Shown here: one piece after another, positions 41,985 to 48,276 of the stretch
Position numbering within the stretch: position 1 is the stretch's first letter
Layout: the number at the start of each line of letters is the position of its first letter
Source of the DNA: a virus
IMG/VR virus record: IMGVR_UViG_3300031730_000004
Span: 1-63,587 of that record
Direction: 5' to 3' (one strand)
Length of the DNA stretch: 63,587 bases
Notes under the pieces: generated by a model
The model's input: the letters and a program-made list of their open reading frames with translations, nothing else
Told to the model about the DNA's origin: nothing
Database searches by the model: none
Program-made: the position numbers and the translations under genes

Positions 41985-42985
41985 TGAAAAAGTGTCTAAT
42001 TCTCGGCGCCGCCGGATTTTTGGCTGGCCACCTCGAACACCGCCTCCGCGCCGAAGGTCACTTCGTCGTCAGCGTCGCCCGCAAACCCCCTCCCTTCCGG
42101 CCGTCGGTGGCCAATGAGTACAATATCCTGGATCTTACGAATACTGCCGATTTCCATCATCATTTTTTCCGTCATCACTTTGATGAATGCTACCAGCTGG
42201 CAGGCGAGGTTGGCGGTCTTGGGTTCATTGGTGATAGGAATCACGATATCGAGATTCTCACCAATTCCTTGAAAATAAACCTCCACACCCTCGAAGCGAT
42301 CCACAAGACAGGTGCATGCAACCGCATCTTCTTCGCCTCTTCCCAGTGCGTCTATCCCGACAACCGCTTCGAGATCGACCCCTTTGCCGCCGAGCGCATC
42401 GCCCCGCCGCCCAAGCCCTGGGCCGAGACCGACGCCCAGTTCGAGAACAACTTCGCGTTTGCCAAGGAGAAACTGTATGCCGAGTCTCTGTACCTCGCCT
42501 TTTCCCGAAATCACGGAATTGACGTTCGGATCGGACGGCTCGGTAACACTTACGGTCCGTATTGCACATGGGACAGTGCGCGGGCTAAAGCTCCAGCCGC
42601 AATCTGCCGCCGAGTTGCGCAGTCACCTTATGCCGGCGTGGTTGAGCTTTGGGGAGACGGGAAGGCCAGCCGCTCCTTCACCTACGTCGATGACGCCGTC
42701 GAAGGCATGATCCGGCTGATGGCTTCGCCCCACCAGATGCCGGTCAACATCGCTCATTGCGAGACGACGACGATCGCCGAGTTGTTCGAGACCGTATGCC
42801 AGGTCGCCGGCAAGGTGCTGGCGTGGAAGCCGTCGGTCGGCCCCGAGGGCGTCCGCCACCGTGGCTCCGACAATACCCGGATCAAGCAGCTTCTGAACTG
42901 GGAGCCTTCGATTTCGCTGGAAGAAGGATTGCGCCAGACGTATCCCTGGATTAGGGATCAAGCCTTGACAAAGGCCGATACATAG
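41981..42985 (+). CDS. NAD-dependent extended SDR, GDP-mannose 3,5-epimerase-like
   Basis: ILGAAGFLAGHL (GxxGxxG), FFASSQCVYPD, RIGRLGNTYGPYCTWDSARAKAPAAICRR, ELWGDGKASRSFTYVDD and VGPEGVRHRGSDN match GME hallmark blocks recalled from plant GME. Confidence 0.8.
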   Translation: MMKKCLILGAAGFLAGHLEHRLRAEGHFVVSVARKPPPFRPSVANEYNILDLTNTADFHHHFFRHHFDECYQLAGEVGGLGFIGDRNHDIEILTNSLKINLHTLEAIHKTGACNRIFFASSQCVYPDNRFEIDPFAAERIAPPPKPWAETDAQFENNFAFAKEKLYAESLYLAFSRNHGIDVRIGRLGNTYGPYCTWDSARAKAPAAICRRVAQSPYAGVVELWGDGKASRSFTYVDDAVEGMIRLMASPHQMPVNIAHCETTTIAELFETVCQVAGKVLAWKPSVGPEGVRHRGSDNTRIKQLLNWEPSISLEEGLRQTYPWIRDQALTKADT

Positions 42986-42989
42986 CATA

Positions 42990-43005
42990 CCCCAATTGTA
43001 CTACA
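42990..43005 (+). promoter_or_regulatory. Copy of the CCCCAATTGTACTACA motif directly before the recombinase RBS
   Basis: ccccaattgtactaca followed by aaaggagaggacgtcATG. Confidence 0.4.
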
Positions 43006-43020
43006 AAAGGAGAGGACGTC

Positions 43021-43716
43021 ATGATTCTCGGATACATCAGGTGCTCGACGGCAGACCAGGCCAAGGACGATCGCTCGTCCCTGCAGGTTCAGACTGACAT
43101 CATCGAGGGCTACGCCCGCACCCGCGGCGCCGACCGGTTCGGCGTCCAGATTTTCACCGATGCCGGTGTATCCGGCGCGGTCAAGCTTGCCGCGCGCCCC
43201 GCAGGCAGCGATCTCCTTGCCGCCTTAGCCCCGGGCGACACGGTGATTGCGAGCAAGCTTGACCGCATGTTTCGCTCCGCCTCCGATGCCCTCAACATGC
43301 TGGAGCTGTTCAAGGCGAAGGGCGTCCACCTCGTCCTGTTCGACATGGGCGTCGATCCGGTCACCGGCGATGGCACCGCCCGCCTTTTGTTCATCATCCT
43401 GGCCGCAGTCGCTGACATGGAGCGCGTCCGGATCAAGGAGCGCACCGCCGAGGGCAGGAAGGCGAAGAAGGCGAGGGGCGGGGTGATCGGCAAGGTCCCG
43501 TTCGGTTACCGGAAGGTCGGCGAGGGGCGGGCGGCGGTGTTGGAGAGGGATGAACGAGAGATAGCTGCTGCCGCGAGAATGCGGCGTCTGTATCAGGATC
43601 GCTACGCGCTTCCGCAGATTGCCGAGTTGCTGTCGAACGATGGATACGTGTCTCGCACCGGTAAGCCCTACACGCCGATGGCGATCCGGCGGGTGGTGAC
43701 GGAGGCGAGACAATGA
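43021..43716 (+). CDS. Serine recombinase (231 aa): resolvase catalytic domain plus a short recombinase-type C-terminal domain
   Basis: MILGYIRCSTADQ (Ser nucleophile), SKLDRMFRS, ERVRIKERTAEG, then GKVPFGYRK...IAELLSNDGYVSRTGKPYTPMAIRRVV. Confidence 0.85.
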   Translation: MILGYIRCSTADQAKDDRSSLQVQTDIIEGYARTRGADRFGVQIFTDAGVSGAVKLAARPAGSDLLAALAPGDTVIASKLDRMFRSASDALNMLELFKAKGVHLVLFDMGVDPVTGDGTARLLFIILAAVADMERVRIKERTAEGRKAKKARGGVIGKVPFGYRKVGEGRAAVLERDEREIAAAARMRRLYQDRYALPQIAELLSNDGYVSRTGKPYTPMAIRRVVTEARQ

Positions 43717-43982
43717 CCGACGGCCCCTTCACCGACGACATGGCGCGCAAGTTTCTGCAGACCGCCAGGATGCAGCGGGAGATCATTCCCCACATGGAGG
43801 AGATGGCCCAGAAGCTGGCGGCGGCCGGGGTTGCTTCGGAGATGGTGAAGGGCGACTCGGCTGAGTATTCCATATATCGCTGGTGCGAAGTGATTCGCGA
43901 TCGTGCCATGGTGTTGCTGCGCGAGAAGCGTGATGAAGCGAAGCGAGTGCTCGAGACCAAACAGATCGAGAAAAAGAAATGA
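43713..43982 (+). CDS. Hypothetical protein (89 aa)
   Basis: ATGA overlap. Confidence 0.45.
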   Translation: MTDGPFTDDMARKFLQTARMQREIIPHMEEMAQKLAAAGVASEMVKGDSAEYSIYRWCEVIRDRAMVLLREKRDEAKRVLETKQIEKKK

Positions 43983-44143
43983 CCTCCGAACTCGAAGAAC
44001 TGATTCGGCGCGCAAGGGCACACGTGGATGCGATGACGCCCGAAGAAAAGGAAGCGATGCTCCGTAGGCAGGCCGAAGGTTGGGCGCGATCGGAAGCACA
44101 ATGGGCCGAGGACTTCCGGGAAGGGAAGTGCGAACGTGATTGA
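43979..44143 (+). CDS. Hypothetical protein (54 aa)
   Basis: Own translation: MTSELEELIRRARAHVDAMTPEEKEAMLRRQAEGWARSEAQWAEDFREGKCERD. ATGA overlap. Confidence 0.35.
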   Translation: MTSELEELIRRARAHVDAMTPEEKEAMLRRQAEGWARSEAQWAEDFREGKCERD

Positions 44144-44342
44144 TCCAGCCGAGTTCGAAGCCAAGTGCAAGGAGCTGTGCCCGCACTGCGCGGCCGGCGA
44201 AGCTGTGCGGGTGCGCACTGACACCGGCGAGATCGTCCACGACTTCTCGTTCGGTTCGGTAGATCCGCTTCTCGGCCGCCCCCGCGGCATGGGCCATTCG
44301 ATCTGTCAGGCACATGAGTTCAGGAAAGCGAACGGACAATAA
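44136..44342 (+). CDS. Hypothetical Cys/His protein (68 aa, GTG start)
   Basis: CPHC...HSICQAH. Confidence 0.4.
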   Translation: MIDPAEFEAKCKELCPHCAAGEAVRVRTDTGEIVHDFSFGSVDPLLGRPRGMGHSICQAHEFRKANGQ

Positions 44343-44842
44343 TGCCGACTGGGCACGGTAAAGGCAGCATCGCAACCCAGTTCAAACCGGGGCAGCGTTT
44401 GACGTTTGAAGAACGATACGAACGTCTTGCTTTTCCGGAACCTAATTCTGGATGTTTCATTTGGATGGGAGCGCTAAACTGGAACGGTTACGGCAAGATG
44501 GGCATCGGCCTTGTGTCAGAGGGCACTCATCGGATGCAGTATGCGCACATTGTTGCTTACGAGCATTTTGTTGGACGGGTTCCAGAAGGAAAGGTGCTTG
44601 ATCACAAATGCCGAATGCGATGCTGTGTGAACCCGGATCATCTTGAACCAGTGACGCAAATAGAAAATATCAGACGCGGCACGGCCAGTGAAGTTACTCG
44701 CGCTAGAATGGCAGCAATAACGCATTGCAAGCGCGGTCATCCGCTGAGCGGACCTAATTTAAATTTATACCGTGGCGTGAGGCTGTGTCGCGCTTGCCGC
44801 GCAATGTATTCTAAAAAACAGGAAGCGAAACGCCGTGGGTAA
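44342..44842 (+). CDS. HNH homing endonuclease
   Basis: NGYGKMGIG...VLDHKCRMRCCVNPDHLEPVTQIEN, plus THCKRGHPL...CRACR; low-GC patch. Confidence 0.8.
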   Translation: MPTGHGKGSIATQFKPGQRLTFEERYERLAFPEPNSGCFIWMGALNWNGYGKMGIGLVSEGTHRMQYAHIVAYEHFVGRVPEGKVLDHKCRMRCCVNPDHLEPVTQIENIRRGTASEVTRARMAAITHCKRGHPLSGPNLNLYRGVRLCRACRAMYSKKQEAKRRG

Positions 44843-46232
44843 TCGCGAACAAGCACAAAATCTTTTGCTTAAGGGAGAGCAGGCTGCGCAAGATAAGTCG
44901 GCGCCTACAAATATGGACCATGCCTACCAGCTGACTTCCAGTGCTTGCTACGCCGATCCATCTTACGGTCACGCTTTTTATGCGAATGGTTGTGCCGCTT
45001 CCGACTTGGTTCGTCCTCATGCGGCGGTGGCTCTTTTTCGTCGTGCGATTGAAAACGACTTGGATGCTGACGAGCGTCCGAAAGCATTGATTAATCTTGC
45101 ATGGGAATTAATGAAAATTGGCGGGCATCAGGAAGCTGTTACGCACTTGTACGAGGCCCTTCGGCTGAATCCAAAACTCGCACTGGGATATATGCACCTT
45201 TCTATGTGCGAGCAGACCTTCGGCAATACGGCCGAGGCGGTCGGCTACGCCCTGAAGTGCTTCGAGCTTGCCGACCCCAACGACGGCCAGGGATACCCGA
45301 TCGCTGAGTTCCAGTTGGCGTTCGCGTTGTTGTTCGACGGGCAGTACGCCGCCGGCTTGAAGCATTTCGAGTCCCGGTTTGCCGCGCGGCTGCCGAATTT
45401 CCTGCTGTATCCGTACCCGAAGTGGCGAGGCGAGAATGGCAAGACGTTATTTCTGGTTGCCGATCAGGGTCTTGGTGACACGCTCTCTTACGCCAGATTC
45501 GTTGAGGCCGCAGCTTCCCGCTGCCGCTATATTCACATGTGCGTTCAGAGTGAGTTACGGCGCGTCTTCGAGCATGCTTTTCGGCATCTACGAAATCTCA
45601 ATTTCCTTCCATCGCCGTCCAATTTCCCTGGCGACGCCGACGCCTGGTCCACGTTCGTAAGCCTACCGTTCGCACTCGGTCTTACGGACGATGAAATAAA
45701 ATCGGCCCCCAATATCGACATGCCCCGGCCTCCCATGAGCAACCAATGGAAGGTCACGGACCGCAAGTTCCACATCGGAATAGCGTGGGCCGGCAGCCCG
45801 ATGAACGACATCGACAAGCACCGGAACATCCCGATCCACCACTTTGTGGAGCTTTACAAGGTCCCCGGGATACAGCTTTACTCGTTGCAAGTCGACGCCA
45901 AGAAGACCGACCTGAACCTGTGGGGCTTTGCCCCGCTCATTCGTGACCTGTCAGGATACATTCGCGATGTCGCAGACACGGTTTCCATCCTCCAGGAGCT
46001 CGATCTCGTCGTTACGGTTGAATCGGCTCTTGGCCACATATGCTCAATGTCTGGAAGGGACTGCTGGGTGCCCTACAGTCACCTCGGCAGAGATTATCGC
46101 ATCGGTGTATCGGAAGCATCGACGCGCCTTTGGACCCCCAAGCACCGCATCTTCCAGCAATCCGAAGACATGCGATGGGAGCCCGTGTTCGAGCGGATCG
46201 TCGAAGCTTTGAGGGAGAAGGTGTCCTTTTAA
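44835..46232 (+). CDS. TPR-repeat protein fused to a GT-B (GT9/heptosyltransferase-like) glycosyltransferase domain
   Basis: N-terminal TPR-like helices (AFYANGCAASDLVRPHAAVALFRRAIE..., EAVTHLYEALRLNPK). C-terminal LFLVADQGLGDTLSYARFV and GIAWAGSPMNDIDKHRNIP, typical of GT9-like domains. Confidence 0.55.
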   Translation: MGNREQAQNLLLKGEQAAQDKSAPTNMDHAYQLTSSACYADPSYGHAFYANGCAASDLVRPHAAVALFRRAIENDLDADERPKALINLAWELMKIGGHQEAVTHLYEALRLNPKLALGYMHLSMCEQTFGNTAEAVGYALKCFELADPNDGQGYPIAEFQLAFALLFDGQYAAGLKHFESRFAARLPNFLLYPYPKWRGENGKTLFLVADQGLGDTLSYARFVEAAASRCRYIHMCVQSELRRVFEHAFRHLRNLNFLPSPSNFPGDADAWSTFVSLPFALGLTDDEIKSAPNIDMPRPPMSNQWKVTDRKFHIGIAWAGSPMNDIDKHRNIPIHHFVELYKVPGIQLYSLQVDAKKTDLNLWGFAPLIRDLSGYIRDVADTVSILQELDLVVTVESALGHICSMSGRDCWVPYSHLGRDYRIGVSEASTRLWTPKHRIFQQSEDMRWEPVFERIVEALREKVSF

Positions 46233-46254
46233 ACACCACTTAAGGAAAACAAAC

Positions 46255-46890
46255 ATGAGAACCAAGCCAATTCTTTGCGTCGATTTCGATGGCGTCATTC
46301 ACAGTTATACGAGCGGCTGGAAGGGCGCGACCGTCATCCCTGATCCGCCGACCCAAGGTGCGTTGCGCTGGCTATGGAAGGCGACCGAATGGTTCAACGT
46401 CCAGATCTATTCGTCGCGGTCGAAAGATCCAGAAGCACGGCTTGCGATGGGTCGATGGATGATTGAACATTCCAAGATCGAGTTCGGCGCAGACCATCCG
46501 ATGGCGATGTCAGATGATGACGGCGACGCTGGTCCAGTTTATCCAATCGGAATCGCCTATGAGAAGCCCGCTGCGTTCCTGACGATCGATGACCGCGCGA
46601 TATGCTTCGAAGGTGATTGGAGCGAGATCGAGCCGGCTGACCTGCTCAACTTCAAACCGTGGAATAAGCGAGACCTCGGTGCAACCGGAACCTTCCCGCA
46701 GGGCGTTCTCAATGACGACGATCAGGGCGCGCTCAAGATCGGCATCGCCTATAACAAACGCGACGGCCTCGTGCACCTGAATTTCGGCAAGCCGATTGCA
46801 TGGACCGCATTCGCGCCGGAGATGGCCGTCAATCTTGCGCGCATGCTGTTGAAGCATGCTGGCGCGAAGAAGGTCGAGATCGAGATTTAG
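46255..46890 (+). CDS. HAD-superfamily phosphatase-like protein
   Basis: ILCVDFDGVIH (DxDG motif I), IYSSRS (motif II), EKPAAFLTIDDR (motifs III/IV). Confidence 0.6.
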   Translation: MRTKPILCVDFDGVIHSYTSGWKGATVIPDPPTQGALRWLWKATEWFNVQIYSSRSKDPEARLAMGRWMIEHSKIEFGADHPMAMSDDDGDAGPVYPIGIAYEKPAAFLTIDDRAICFEGDWSEIEPADLLNFKPWNKRDLGATGTFPQGVLNDDDQGALKIGIAYNKRDGLVHLNFGKPIAWTAFAPEMAVNLARMLLKHAGAKKVEIEI

Positions 46891-46906
46891 CTTTAACGAG
46901 TTGACA

Positions 46907-47182
46907 ATGAAAGGCTTCAAGATGGACAAATTGCTGGTCCCGCCAATGATGGCCGATCGAGTCATTTGCCAATGGCAGTTCGAGGGCGGCGGCTTTGTCG
47001 CAGTCATCTCGTTTGGCGGCCCTTCGACCGCCGAAAAGCTTGATGCCATTCAACGAATGATCGACCTCAAGCGGGAGGAGATCGCAAAATCAGTCCCGGG
47101 TTTTAAAGCTGCTCAGCAGGCTGAGAGTGATCCGCCGGTGACGTCGGATTGTCCCGGGACTGATACCTTAACCATCGGATAG
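46907..47182 (+). CDS. Hypothetical protein (91 aa)
   Basis: Internal ATG of track ORF 46856..47182. Confidence 0.4.
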   Translation: MKGFKMDKLLVPPMMADRVICQWQFEGGGFVAVISFGGPSTAEKLDAIQRMIDLKREEIAKSVPGFKAAQQAESDPPVTSDCPGTDTLTIG

Positions 47183-47278
47183 GGAAAAGGATCTGGCTAT
47201 TCGATGGAGCTTTGCTGCCGGCACGGTATCGATCCAGACGAAATGGTTTCCCGCTAACGAGTTGAAAAGGTCACCGAC

Positions 47279-47497
47279 ATGCCCTGGTCCAAACCAGTTT
47301 TCTCCTCGATGGTTTCCGAAGTTGGCTGGGACGAGTCGACCGAGGAACTCCTCGTAACCTTCGCCAAGAACGGCAAGACGGCGGCCTACAAGGGGTTTGA
47401 CGAGGGCAAGGCCGAGCAACTGTCGCGTGTGCCGTCGGTTGGCGGCATGTTCCTCGACGAGATCAAGCCGTTTGCGAGCGGGTGGCGATATGTCTGA
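47279..47497 (+). CDS. KTSC-domain protein (72 aa)
   Basis: SSMVSEVGWDESTEELLVTFAKNGKTAAYKGFDEGKAEQLSRVPSVGGMF fits the KTSC pattern. Confidence 0.6.
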   Translation: MPWSKPVFSSMVSEVGWDESTEELLVTFAKNGKTAAYKGFDEGKAEQLSRVPSVGGMFLDEIKPFASGWRYV

Positions 47498-47747
47498 CGA
47501 ACAACCCGACGAGTCCGAAGCCCGCGCCGTTTTGTTCGACCAGATGGCGGCCCAGATCCGTCTGAACAAGGATGCGATCTTCGGCGGCGCCTTCCTGATG
47601 GTGCCCCCCGCCGGCGATCCGTTTTCATCGCTGATGCTCAATCAGGACGAGGCGTCGATCTTCTGGGCCGCGGTGCAGACGCTGGCAAACATGGCCCTGG
47701 AATCCCTCCAGCAGGCCAGCCGGCAGCAGGGGTTTCAGAGGCGATGA
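47490..47747 (+). CDS. Hypothetical protein (85 aa); the small-terminase role is unassigned
   Basis: The ATG overlaps the upstream 3' end. Confidence 0.4.
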   Translation: MSDEQPDESEARAVLFDQMAAQIRLNKDAIFGGAFLMVPPAGDPFSSLMLNQDEASIFWAAVQTLANMALESLQQASRQQGFQRR

Positions 47748-48244
47748 CTGCTCGTCGTACCATAGCCGCCAGCGATAATCTCGCCGTTTTGAACGGCGCG
47801 AAGTCGAAGAACAACGGCCGGTATAACGGCAACGGGCGCCATTGGGCCACGCCGCCAGAGGTGTTTGCCCCGCTGCACGCAGAGTTCGATTTCACGCTAG
47901 ATCCATGTTGCTCGATCGAGACGGCAAAATGTCCGCAATTCTTCACCGAGCGCGAGAATGGTCTTATCCAAAGCTGGGTTGGCCACCGGGTATTCATGAA
48001 CCCGCCCTACGGCCGCGAGGTCTATGCTTGGACACGGAAGGCGCGTCTCGAGCAATCAGCCGGCGCTTTCGTGGTCGGCCTTTTGCCTGCGTCGACTGAC
48101 CTCGCATGGTGGCATGACGACGTGGTCGGGCATGCTGAGGTGCGGTATCTACGTGGCCGCGTCAGATTTATGACGGGCGGCCCATACCGAGCTTCTGGAT
48201 TTTTCGCCAGCGTCGTCGTGATTTGGCGTCCCAAGTTTCGTTGA
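47744..48244 (+). CDS. Phage Dam-type DNA N6-adenine methyltransferase (orphan)
   Basis: WATPPEVFAPLHAEFDFTLDPC...VFMNPPYGREV (NPPY catalytic motif). No cognate nuclease nearby. Confidence 0.8.
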   Translation: MTARRTIAASDNLAVLNGAKSKNNGRYNGNGRHWATPPEVFAPLHAEFDFTLDPCCSIETAKCPQFFTERENGLIQSWVGHRVFMNPPYGREVYAWTRKARLEQSAGAFVVGLLPASTDLAWWHDDVVGHAEVRYLRGRVRFMTGGPYRASGFFASVVVIWRPKFR

Positions 48245-48268
48245 CCTGACCGGGAATTGCCCCTATCT
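48241..48268 (+). promoter_or_regulatory. Candidate late promoter immediately before terL
   Basis: TTGACC-N16-CTATCT resembles the alphaproteobacterial CTTGAC-N16/17-CTATAT consensus (recalled). The -10 ends 8 nt before ATG 48277. Confidence 0.35.
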
Positions 48269-48276
48269 TGCCGGCC

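Noticed and set aside
43433-44290. 285-aa and 235-aa minus-strand ORFs over the recombinase and small-ORF region
   Set aside because: They overlap a canonical serine recombinase on the other strand and have Ser/Arg/Pro-rich shadow composition.
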